A stretch of DNA of 64,000 bases, taken from the NCBI GenBank assembly GCA_013265495.1, contig MU058039.1, positions 2,591 through 66,590 of the forward strand, in the 5' to 3' direction. The position numbers and the translations under genes are program-made. Of the stretch, positions 51,401-63,519 are shown in pieces. The notes under the pieces were generated by a model. The model was not told where the DNA came from. It did not search any database and was given only the letters and a program-made list of their open reading frames with translations. Within the stretch, counting starts at the first letter, position 1, and every line of letters begins with the position of its first letter. This stretch comes from Vicugna vicugna. Taxonomy: Eukaryota.

Positions 51401-52414
51401 AGGCTGTGGAGGGCACTACTTCCTGCCAGGTGGGGCACACCGTTTTCCTGGCACCTTCCTCCTGGGACCAGGACAATAGGAATATAATGAAGAGGAACAC
51501 ATGCAGGAGGTACAGAAATGTAAGTCTGACATATCCATCCTAGAGAGAATGGAAAATGGAGAGGAAAAACTGCTTCAGAGGCAGCTTTGAGGCTCCTTGG
51601 ACCAACAATGACCCCAAGCCATGCTTTGAACCCCAAAAAGAACCCCAACAATTGTCATGAATGAAAACCATAACCAGGTCCACAAGAGGAAATGCTCTGA
51701 AGGCCAACCCAAGATCCGAGAGGCGGGGTGGGGGGGCAGTGTGAGGAGAAAAAGCAGTAAAGGAATGATTTCAAAGGAGCAAACCTCATCCCAAGCAGCC
51801 CTGAAGTTTAACATCTCAGTGAGAACAGTTGAAGCCAGATTAAGTGTGCATGAACAAGAACATGCAGGTAAACTGGAATCGTAAATCTACCACTGAAAAG
51901 TGGAAAGGCAATTGCAGATGAAATACTCAGAATGATGAATTAGAAGGAGAAGTACAGTCTAGGTGTAGTACATATATCTCATGATGTAGATTGTCCTATG
52001 ATTTGGAATGAAAGTCAAGGTATGTTATATGTAGCAAGAATGTCAACACAGACACCTGCCTAGACGTTCAGAAATATATGCTGAGAAGGAAAACTGATGT
52101 AACTGATTCCACAGAAGCTTGGCATTGACATTCTTTCATTAGGAGACCTTCTTCTTAATTATGCCAAATCAACACCATTTGAGGTCATGAAAGACAAGAA
52201 GATACTGAAATTTTAGAGGCTGGAGGCAGCTGAGGAGAAATTCCTTCCTACTTCTATGCTAATCTAGGAGCAGAGAACAAGACATTAGTGGAAAAACAGT
52301 GGATTTGCCATAAGATCTGCAGTTGAGTTAAGAAGGTTGTCTCAAAGTTACTTTCCTGTACCTGATGTTTGCATTATGGTTAGGTAAGATTTGGGGTTTT
52401 TTTTCCCCCCTGAC

Positions 52415-53226
52415 AATAGATTGAAAGTAGAAACCAACAGCAAAAGGAAAATGGAAAATTCACTATGTGGAAATTTTAAAACACACTTTTGAAAAACCAG
52501 GGAGTCAAAGAAGAAATCAAAAGGGAAATCAAAAATTATCTCAAGACAAACAAAAAATACAAAATATCAAAATCATGAGATGCAGCAAAAACAGGCTGAG
52601 AGGTAAGTTTACAGCAATAAATGCCTATATTAGTAGAGAGGTAATATCTCCAGAATAAAACCTAGGTTTACACTTCAAGGAATTAGACAATGAAAAACAA
52701 AGCCCAGAGTTAGAAGAAGGATGGAAATAATAAAGATCAGAGCAGAAATATTTTAGAAATAGAGAATAGAAAAATCAAGGAAATTAAAAGTTGGACAAAC
52801 ATTTTGGCAGACCAGATAATAATAAATAAAATTAAATAAAATATAAAGGAAAGAGGAGACATTATAACTGATGCCACAGAAATAAAAAGGCTCATAAGAG
52901 ATTACTATACTTATACACCAGCAAACTGGGTAACCTAGAAGAAATGAATAAATTCCTAAAAACATACAAGTTACCAAGACAGAATCAAGAAGAAATAGGA
53001 AGTTTGAATAGATGTGTAAGTACTAAGGAGTTTGAATTAGTAATCCAAATCCTCCCAAGAAGGAAAATCCCAGTAACAGATGGCTCTACTGGTGAATTCT
53101 ATCAAACATTGACAGAAGAATTAATGCCAATCCTTCTCAAACTCTTTCAAAATTTGAAGAGGAGGGTAAACTTCCATCTTTACCCTGATACCAAAGTCAA
53201 AGACGTCACAGGAAAAGATAACTACT
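52415..53226 (+). mobile_element. LINE-1 ORF2 fragment
   Basis: ORF 52944-53228 reads MNKFLKTYKLPRQNQEEIGSLNR...PVTDGSTGEFYQTLTEELMPILLKLFQ. Confidence 0.9.
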
Positions 53227-53227
53227 A

Positions 53228-53620
53228 GGGTTCAAAATGGCCAATTAGAGGGCCATGAACCCACCTCCTCCCATGGATACAATAAATCTACAGCTACATA
53301 CAGAACAATTTCCTCTGTAAGAAACCCCAGAACTAGCTGAGTGACTTGTACACGTTGAGTGAATGAATAAAAATCCACATTGAAACAGGTAGGAGAGGCT
53401 GAGACGCAGTCTTGCCACAGAGACCACCTCTGGCACAGTGACCCACAGTCAGGAGGGAACTGACAAACCGGAGCTTCTCCCTGAGGAGTGAAGGGTTTGA
53501 ACTCCACATCTAGCATCCTAGTTTTTAAGACCTGTACCTGAAAGATGAGGTCCCCAAATCTCCAGCTTTGAAAGCCAGAGGGGCTTGCCTCTACAAGAAC
53601 CATAGGGGGCTTCCTGAACC
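53228..53620 (+). mobile_element. Probable LINE-1 5' UTR fragment
   Basis: Starts 'gggttcaaaatggcc' (YY1-like L1 start); 'aagggtttgaactccacatc...agctttgaaagccagaggggctt' resembles laurasiatherian L1 5' ends. Confidence 0.5.
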
Positions 53621-53729
53621 AAAGGCAACTCCAGACTCTGATGCTGAAGCTGTACAGTCAGAGACAAGGTCCACCCCCTGATGGCTGTGGTTAACACCAC
53701 AGATTTCAAAGGACAGTGTCCTTTGCAGG

Positions 53730-54085
53730 GTGCTATGAACTGAATTGTGCCACCCCCAAATTCACATGTTGAAGCCCTGGTGCTTCAGTGTGACTGTATC
53801 TGGACGTAAGGCTTTTGGGAGGTCATTATGATTAAATGACGTCATAAGGGTGGAGCCCTAATCCAATAGAGAAATAAGAAGAGAAATGGAAGATCGTCCT
53901 CTCACTCCATACACATGCACCAAGGAAAGGCCACGTGAGAACACGGCACGGAGATGGCCAGGCAAGAAGTCAGCCCTCATATGAACCCACCCAGGCTGAC
54001 ACCTTGATCTTGAACTTGCCAGGCTCCAGAACTGTAAGAAAATAAATTTCTGTTTAAGCCACCCAGTCTATGGTATTTTGATTAG
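53730..54085 (+). mobile_element. MaLR solo LTR (MLT1A/MST-like)
   Basis: 'tgctatgaactgaattgtgccacccccaaattcacatgttgaagccct...aataaatttctgtttaagccacccagtctatggtatttt'. Confidence 0.8.
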
Positions 54086-54534
54086 ATAGGATTCCATGGA
54101 GCTCTTCATTGACTCCATGGCCCCCAAGTGCTGACATAAAGCTTGGATAGGAAAAGACTCCTAGGTAAAAATAAACTAAAAAATGAGGCCACACCATATA
54201 AAGATGTTAATCACTCTTATACTAGGCATGATTATAATAAGATAATAATGATGATGTTAATAATATATGTTTCTATGGGGTGGGGGAAGGGTAGGGGTAT
54301 AGGAATAACCAGTCTTTTCAGAGAGAAGTTTTACAACCACACTGTAACTACTCTAACTGGAGCATAATTGTATACAACACTATAACTAAGACTATAAGTG
54401 ATCATACTAATAAAGACCTTTCAGAGACAGCATTGCATGAGGGTTAATATAATAGACATTGTAGTCAGCTAGCCTGGGTTTGAATTCCCTTGAGCTGTTT
54501 ACTGGCTTTGTGACTTTGAGCAAGTTCCTCGATT

Positions 54535-54628
54535 TTTTTTTCCCCTTAGTGGAGGCACTGGGGATTGAACCCAGGAACTTGTGCATGCCAAGTATATGCT
54601 CTACTACTGAGCTATACCCCCAGCCCCC
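54535..54628 (-). mobile_element. tRNA-derived SINE (Vic-1-like) inside a MIR
   Basis: 'ggggattgaacccaggaacttgtgcatgcc...actgagctataccc', flanked by MIR-like sequence. Confidence 0.75.
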
Positions 54629-54954
54629 AAGCTCTTTAATTCTTAATGACTCAGATGCTCATCTGTGAAATGGGAATAATAGTTGAGCCAATATTAAGCA
54701 TTACTGTGTGGATTGAAATGAGCTTATAGATTTAAAATCCCTGGAACAGGGACTGGTGCACTCAACAAAATTTGTTTATCATCATCATCATCATAATCAT
54801 CACTATTAGCACTGTGTACTGGGTTCTATGCCATTTAAACCTCACAGAGACCTTGTAATGTGTGGATCACTTCCCTCTGGTTTTACAAGATTGTCATCAT
54901 TCCTAATAGAGGTATCAATTATAATGACATTAACATCAATGCAAATAATCACAA

Positions 54955-55380
54955 TGTCAGCATGGCAGCCAGCCTCCAAGATTTCCCTTAATGAATCTTG
55001 CCTCCTAGTATTCAAACTTCTGTGTAGTCTTTTCTTATAATGAATAGGGTTGACCAGTGTAACCAATCCAACCACCATATTTGAATACACTCAAGAAGCC
55101 TTAAGGGGCCCACATGGTAAGGTATTTAAAAGTCTCCTGCCAATAGTCATATAAACTAACTTGGAATCAGAGCCCACAAGCCCCAGTCAGCCTTCAGAGG
55201 ACTGCATAGCTCTGGCCAGCATCTTGACTACAACCTCGTGAGAGTTCTTGAGCCAGAACCACCCAGCTAAGCTGTTCCCAGATTTCTGGCCCTCTGAAAC
55301 TGTAAGAAAATAACTGTTTCCTGTTGTTTTAAGCCATTAAGTTTTGGGTAATTTGTTACATAGCAATAGATAGCTAATGT
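54955..55380 (+). mobile_element. MaLR (MLT1-type) solo LTR
   Basis: 'gcagccagcctccaagat', 'gagccagaaccacccagctaagctg', 'tttaagccattaagttttgggtaatttgttac'. Confidence 0.75.
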
Positions 55381-56504
55381 ACTCAGCAATGTATTATAGA
55401 TATGCTGTTTTCCAGAGTGCAGGGGAACCCACCCTGTGTTCTCACAATTGGCATTAATGATAATTATAACTTTAATATAATTCAAATGATTATATCAATG
55501 TGGTGCTTACATTTTCCTGTTTCATAGATGTTTACAGAGAACACAAGCAAAGCCCATTATTATAATAAATATTAAAATAGCACAATAATAATATCAATAA
55601 AAGAGTAATCTAAATTGTGCTGATTTCACAGAGGTGAAAAAAAAAAACCAAAAAACTGCCCCTAGAAGCGAGGCTATTGTTGTGTTAATATAATGCAAAC
55701 AACAACCAGAAGGTGGCAGAAGCAGAAGAGACACAGGATTTCTTAGCATCAGAGTGGAAGTTATTCATGTTGTCTTCGTAATTAGAGGCGTACGACAAAT
55801 AATGGCAAGGATTATGTACTAGTTATAAATTATAATTGTGTTACTTATACTTCAAATCAATAAGAATAGATTAATTGTGGAATTAAGTAAAACAGTAAGT
55901 GGTATGGCATGGCGTATGGTATGGAAAGTGGGGTGAGGTGAAGTGGGGTACGCTAGATAAGTCTCTCCAGGCAAAGGCCCAAAGGGGAACAAGTTTCCTT
56001 GATGTTAAGAATAGCCAGAACCGGGCTTGTCTGACAAATAATAAAAATGTTGACCGGCTACAACTGCTGGTTCTCCAGACCCTACACCGCCTTTTATTTC
56101 AGTTATAACTTTTCACTACAAACATTAAATGTAGACACGTAAAAATACAAATAACTGAAATTTTATGTAAAAAGCTGGGATACAAAATATAAAAGATACA
56201 TAATCTAATATATAATCATATAGTATATATATCATATAAAATTGAAATCTTATTTTATTGTAATAAGGAAAATACAATAATGATACTATAATGTACTATA
56301 TATTATAAATACACAATATTACTATAGTATATAATGATATGCAATATAAAATTATAACTAATGTACAAACCTAATTATGTATAGATATTTATAACCTAAC
56401 ATCTAATAAATAATCTTTTAGCAAACATAATTTATCACATAGTAAAACATAATACTTTTGAGATTCATCCATGTTGTAGCTTGTGCCAATGAATATTTCC
56501 TTTT

Positions 56505-56620
56505 GGCGGGGGGAGTAATTAGGTTTATTTATTTATTTTTAGAGGAGTTACTGGGGACTGAACCCAGGACCTGGCGCATGCTAAGCATGCACACTACCAC
56601 TTGGGCTATATCCTTCCCCC
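56505..56620 (-). mobile_element. tRNA-derived SINE (Vic-1-like) with TSD, inside an old L1
   Basis: Flanked on both sides by gaatatttcctttt. Confidence 0.8.
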
Positions 56621-59600
56621 AGAATATTTCCTTTTTATGGTGTCATAAATCAGCATATTTATGGCTGAGTAGTATTCCATTGTAGAGATGTACTACAATT
56701 TGTTTAATTATTCACCCACTGATGGACATATGGATTGTTTCCAATCTTTTTGCGATCATGAGTGAAGGTTCTGTGAACACTTGAGTATATACATGATTTC
56801 TCATTTCTCTACGGTAAATACCTAAGTGTGGGATTGCTGTGTTGTAGGCAAGGATATAATTAACTTTATAAGAACTTGTGAAACTTTCATCTGGAGTGGA
56901 TATACTATGTTACCTTCCCACCAGCAATGCATGGAACTGTGCATTGCTCTGCATCCTTGCCAGGTTTTGGTACTACGTGATTGACTGCTGTTCTAATAGG
57001 TGTGTGGTGGTATGTCATTATGGTTTTAATTTGCATTTTCATGATGATTAATGATGTTGAGTGTCTTTTCATCAACTTATTTTCCATTTGTATCTCATAC
57101 AGTCATATGGATAAATCTCAAATACATCACATTAAATGAAAGAAGTCAGACTCAGAAAGAGATACATACTTACATATATATGGATACATACATTTATATG
57201 ACACATGAAAACAGCAAAATTATAGACACAGGAAACAGATCAGTGATTTCGAGGGGTTGAGAGTGGGTACAGAGAATGGCTAAAAAGGAATAGGAGGGAA
57301 TTTAGGGGAGTGAAGGAACTGTTCTCTTGATTGTGGTGTTGATTACATGATTGTATGCAGTTGTCAAAACTCTCGGAACTGTACACTCTAAGAGTGACTA
57401 TTACTGTATGTAAATTATACCTCAATAAATCTGACTTAAAATATCTCAGTACTATGATATTATGTTATAATAAATATAAAAGAGAAATAATGGGAAGCAA
57501 TTTACCGTTAAGATAACACGTTTCCCTCTGTGGGGTTTGGGCAAAGTCATACAGAGAGGGTCAGATGCTCACGTCCACCTATAACTGGTAATCTTATTAA
57601 CAACAGGACACTGTCATCGGTCTCCACTAGTCCACTCCCCTCAAGTGACTCATAGTAAATCACTTCATCCTCCTTAATTCTATTTTACAGGTGAAGCAAC
57701 TGAGGCTCAAGAGAGGTTGCTGGGCATCAGCGTTGACATCAGGATTTTAATCCATGTCAACAGCTCTCACTATTCTGCTTGCATCACTCCTCGTGGAGTA
57801 AACGGGAAGCTGTTTGTGATCTCCTGGGACCCCAGATCCTGCCCAGCCTACTCCAGACCAACAATTCTCTGGAGTGTGTCTCATCCCTTCTCCATCCAAG
57901 GTTCCTGACCATGCAACGGTGGGGACTTGGAGAAGCAATGCTGGAGGACTTGCAGTAGCCACACTGAGTGGCCTCATGAAGCAACGTGTGCCAAGGGTAA
58001 TCGGCAGACAGTGTTAGTGACAGCCAATAGGGAAATAGCAGATATTACCAGGATTTAATGTAAGAGCCACAGATACTGTATTAGTACTGGATTAGTGGGT
58101 AATGGGCATCAAAAGGCTTTGTGCTGGTTAATGGGGGTCTTACACAGATGGCTAATGTGGAGTTTATGGTGCCTTATCAGTCATTACCCTTACCTGGGGA
58201 GAGGGAAGCAGGTTAACGGCACACACCAGTGTTCAGAGAGAGGACTGGGGGCACCACCACATACTGTGTTGGGGATGGTTACAAACACAGCTAGGTGGGG
58301 TCATGGAAGATAACTGGAAACGATCATTGTGATGGACAGCTAATGGAGGGAGATGCAAGTCATCCTGCTAGAGGTTTAATGGAAGTATCAGGAGATATTA
58401 TTAAAAGCTGGATTAGGTGGGGTATATATACCATGGTTCCCTACTCCGAGGATTGTAATAAGTGGTCGTTAGTCACTAGTTAGGTGGAAGTGGGAATAAA
58501 TGGGGAGTAGGGAGGCGACAAGACTGTTTACAAGTTGGGTAAAGTAACATACACTATGCTGGAGGTAACTGGAGAAGCCGTATAATGAGAAGGTATCTAG
58601 ACACTACTTCTTGGAATTAATAAGGAATGATAAACATAGTGATGGAGTCAGGTAAAAGGGGGATAATGGAGGGTGTCCAGACCTTGTGCTGGAGTGGGTT
58701 AAGAAGGGGTAATGGAACAATCTCCAGACTCTCCTGAGGGGTCTGCTAACACTGTCCTAAGCTGGGGGACAGTGGTGGGTCACAAGACATTAACTGAAGC
58801 TGCAGTGCCAAATGAGGGAAAAGTGGGTAGTGGGTCACCATAGTGTTCTAAGATAGGGAAGGGCATACGGTGGTTCACCAGATACTGTGAAGGGGTGAGA
58901 TAAAGGGGAGCTGACGATGGATTAGACGTGGAGCTAAGGTGTGGTAACGGGATATGTCATTACACACTGCCCAATTTGGGTGAGCGGATTACAGGAGAAT
59001 CCTTAGTCCTGCCCCCTCAACCAGGTTGTCACCATCCTTGATTGGGATTGCTGTGTTGTAGGCAAGGATATAATTAACTTTGTAAGAACTTGTGCCAATG
59101 ACTGACCTGGAGGAACCACTTTGCTGGTGCCAGTTTGTCCACTCAGCAGCTGAACATTCAATCAGATCCTCTCACACATCTGTGAGGCCACTGCTGCCCA
59201 ACTCTTGGTTGTGCACCAAACTTCCAAGGAAGGCAAACCTCTCTCTACTCTTGACCTTTCCATATTATTGGCTTTGGGTGTACCTGTCAGAGCATGATAA
59301 GCAGGTCTGTAGGTCAGGTCATGGGGTGGGCAAGACCCTGTCAAGGTGCAAGTAGGGTAGGGCAGGACTTGTGTGCTGGGGCAGAGTGAGGGGGCTCTCT
59401 TGTGGTCACTTTGAAGCTGACTGTGGTATTTCGGAATCACTGAAGGGAATCCTGGAACATCAAACATGTATGTGGGATTTCCTGTGCCACAGTTCTCCTT
59501 TCTTTAAATGAGTTGGCACCAGGCCAAAAGGTTTACAATTATGTTACAACTTTCAGGCCAGGAAGGAGGCACAGGCCAGGTAAAGACTGGGGGTGGAAAA

Positions 59601-60535
59601 ACCTGGTGTGTTTTAGGCAATTTGGTTTTCCTCTTGGAGCATTTTATGCTGCAATGTAGAAAGGATCAAAGGGAAGTCAAGGGACGAGTAGGGTCAACAC
59701 TCCACAACGTGCATCATGGAATGACTGCTGTATGTCAGGCATAGGTCTAGGTCCACAGTGGGGACAAAAGAGGGAAAAACATTCTAGAGTGCAAATCACA
59801 GACAAATAAGTTAAATATACAGGGTGTCATGGTAGTAAGTGCTATGGAGAAGGATAAAGGAGGAAGAGGAAGGGGCTGGAATTTTAAGCCAGGTAGGCAG
59901 GGAAGGGCAGGGAAGGCCTCTGTGAAGAGATGCCACTGGAAGAAAAATACGAAGGAGGAAACCACAAAGATATAATGAAGAACTGTGCTCTTTGAAGAGG
60001 GCATGGCAATTGCAAAGGCCCCAAGGCAGGACCTAATCTGATGTGATTGAGGCACATGGGGGAGAAGGTCCTTGAGTGCATGGCATGAAGTTGGAGAGAA
60101 AACAGTGAAGGCATGTTGGAATTTGTTTTCGATGAGTTTTGCTTTCAATTTGTTACTATCATCATGAAGGTCAGGTCATTAAGGAAGAACCACGACAGTA
60201 AAAGGGAGACTGACGTGAGGAGTTGATGGAGGTGACCTGAACAGTCTCTCTTTAGAAGCTTTCCTGAAGGTAGTGGGAGTTCAGTAAGACCCTAAGCTGG
60301 GGGCTAAATGAGGCTCAGCGAGTCTGGGAGATAAGGGTAGTGAGCAGATGTGGTGTTTAGCACTAACGGGCAGTCACAATGCAGTTACAGGGCTCAGAAG
60401 ACAATGTGCTGTATGAGAGCTGAAGACACTACACTCTACTGGTGGCTTAGAAGGTGGGTGCCACTCATGGTGCTAGAGGATAGCGGAGGAGGCAACATAC
60501 ACTCTTAGGTTTATGTCTGTATACATAAATAATTT

Positions 60536-60541
60536 TTTATT
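60536..60541 (-). terminator. Candidate polyadenylation signal (AATAAA) of the ZNF585 gene
   Basis: tttatt on the plus strand ~530 nt downstream of the stop, at the edge of the AT-rich 3' UTR-like stretch. Confidence 0.5.
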
Positions 60542-61072
60542 GTGGCATCTCTTTCTTGATAAAAATATTCCGTAGGGGATTGGATACGTAAAACCATGTT
60601 AGATTCAACAGAAGAATAACACCCAAAATTCAGTTAGACATTGTGTTCTGCAACAAACACCTCACAGAACTGAGGGTTTATCACTCTCATATATATTGTG
60701 TCATTCTACCATTCAATTGTTGGCACTTTACCCACTCCAGAGTAAACAGGATTATCATCAACATGACTTCACGTAATGCTTCGTATGCAGAATTTGGTAA
60801 CAGTGTTCCATTATATTTTTCATGAGAAGGCTTCTTCTAATGTACCAAATTGACCAAGTTCCTTCTCAATATGAAAGCCCAAGGTTTGCTGAGACTAGTG
60901 ACAATGTGGGAAGGGGCTCCTCTCACTCAGGGCCCTTCTAGAGGTCCTCTTCTGTAGTGTGACATTCTGATGCAGTATTTCTGCTTACGATAATATGCAT
61001 GTTTTCTGTTGCGTGAATTCAGTGATGTAAAGCCAGATCTGATCTCACTGAGGTTTTCTCATTCTGTTCCTC

Positions 61073-63519
61073 TCAAGTGTGACTACTCCGATGCACATTG
61101 AGCACTGATTTCTGAACAAAGCCTTTCCCACAGACTACACACTTATAGGGTTTGTCTCCAGTGTGCGTTGTCTGGTGTTTATTCAAATTCGACCTGTCAG
61201 TGAAGGCCTTCCCACACTCAGCACACACATAAGGCTTCTCCCCTGTGTGAATTCGCTGATGCACTTGGAGTTGTGATTTCTTAGTGAAAGATTTGCCACA
61301 GTCACTGCATTCATAAGGTTTCTCTCCAGTATGAATTCTATGATGTATAATCAGCTCTGACTTTTGTCTGAAGGTCTTCCCACATTCAGAGCAGATGTAG
61401 GGCTTTTCTCCAGTATGAGTTTTCTGGTGTTTACTGAGATTTGACCTGCCACTAAAGGCTTTCCCACACACAGCACACACATACGGTTTTTCTCCTGTGT
61501 GAATTGGTTGATGCACCAGGAGCTGAGATTTAGAGGTGAAGGATTTCCCACAATCACTGCATTCATAAGGTTTCTCTCCAGTGTGGATCCTCTGGTGAGT
61601 AATGAAGTTTGACTTCCGGATGAAGGCTCTTCCACACTCAGTGCACACGTAGGGTTTCTCTCCTGTATGAATTTTCTGATGCACAATAAGTATTGATTTC
61701 TGGTTGAAGGCTTTTCCACATTCATGACATTCATACTGTCTCTCTCCAGTGTGAATTTTCTGGTGTATATTGAGGTGTGATTTCTGGGTGAAGGCTTTTC
61801 CACAGGTACTACATTCATAAGGTTTCTCCCCAGTATGAATTCTCTGATGTGTAATCAGGTCTGACCTCTGTGTGAAGGCCTTGCCACATTTAGAACATAC
61901 ATAGGACTTCTCTCCTGTATGAGTTTTCTGATGTGTAATGAGATTTGACCTGTTGGTGAATGCCTTCCCACACTTAGTGCACATATAGGGTTTCTCTCCT
62001 GTGTGAATACGTTTGTGCACGTGGAGTTGTGACTTGGAAGTAAAGGATTTCCCACAGTGACCACATTTATAAGGTTTCTCTCCGGTATGAATTATTTGAT
62101 GGGCGATCAAGTGTGCCTTCTGGATGAAGGCTAGCCCACATTTCATGCATACATATGACTTTTCTCCTGTATGAATTCTTTGATGTACTGTGAGTGCTGA
62201 CTTCTGAGTAAAGGCTTTTCCACAATCACCACATTCATAAGGTTTTTCTCCGGTGTGAATTCTCTGATGTATAATCAACTCTGACCTGTAGGTAAAGGCT
62301 TTACCACATTCATTACATATTGAAGATTTCTCCCTAATTTGAACTTTCTTATGTGTATTGAGGTTGGAACTACTGTTGAAAAGCTTCCCATATTCGTTGC
62401 ATATAAAGGGTCTCATTCTTGTGTGAGTTCGTTGATGTACCTGAAGTTGTGACTTAGAAATGAAGGACTTCCCACAGTTACTGCACTCATATGGTTTTTC
62501 TCCAGTATGAATTCTTCGGTGTGCAATCAAGTGTGTCTTCTGGATGAAGGCCTGTCCACATATGATACATATATAGGATCTCTCACCTGTATGAATTTTC
62601 TGATGCATCTTGAGTGTGGACTTTTGTGTGAATGCTTTGCCACAATCACTGCATTCATGGTGTCTCTCTCCGGTATGAATTTTCTGATGTATACTAAGAT
62701 CTGAGTTATAAGAGAAGCCTTTCCCACATTCACTGCATTCATAGAGTTTTTCTCCAGTATGAATTCTCTGATGCCTGAAAAGAGAAGATACCTGGAAAAA
62801 TGCTTTCCCACAGTCACCACACTTATAGGGCTTCTCTCTAGTATGGGTCCTCTGATGTGTAATGAATTCTGGTTTCTGTAGAAAAGCCTTCCCACAGTCA
62901 ATACATACATAGAGTTTCTCTCCTGTATGAACTTTCAGATGTACCTTGAGTTGTGACTTCTGGGTAAAGATGTTTCCAAATTCAGCACATTCGTAAGACT
63001 TTTCCCCAATGTGAATTTTCTGGTGTTGAGAGGATGCCTGCTTATAGCTGAGGGTTTTTCCACATTGATTATGGTCCCACAATTTCTCCCCTGCTGGAGT
63101 ACAGTGACGGCCAGTAGAGGAAGAAATTTTACCATGTTCAGTAATCTTATTAATGTTCCTTGACCCACTGTTTCTATTATGACTGTGTAAATCTAAATTA
63201 TGCTTCAAAGCATTTCCAAATAAGTCACACTGATGGGGTCTTCTTGGGGAAGGAATGTTTTGGCTCCCATGGATTATTTTTCTAATGTCCTTATATTCAT
63301 AATCTCTCTTTATAGTCAGTGTTTTCTTGATGAAAGCAACATCTCTTAAAGATTTCTTTTCTCTTTGTTGATAGCTCTCTATCTGGTCAGCAATCTGCCA
63401 AAATTCTTCTAGAATAAAATACAACAAAATGTCACGTGTAGCATCACTTTCCCTCTCAATGTAGAAAGAAGCTTTTTCAGAAATTCTCTGCTGTGAAGTT
63501 TGAAACTCAAACTCTCCTT
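61073..63519 (-). CDS. ZNF585A: ZNF585A/B-orthologue terminal exon: spacer plus 21 intact and 3 degenerate C2H2 fingers; acceptor at 63519/63516 or internally at 63090
   Basis: [50 protein letters not shown] and FVQKSV match my recollection of ZNF585A/B; A versus B cannot be firmly separated. The frame is open from 63520 to TGA at 61073-61075. KRAB exons lie outside the window. Confidence 0.88.

Noticed and set aside
61351..63168. Alternative-frame ORFs over the zinc-finger exons (also 18826-19569)
   Set aside because: Typical shadow frames of C2H2 repeats (NVGKP/LERNP pattern), not separate genes.
61073..63519. Calling the long ZNF as ZNF81 (X-linked)
   Set aside because: The spacer is ZNF81-like, but finger number and specific finger sequences fit ZNF585A/B, and ZNF793 is adjacent.
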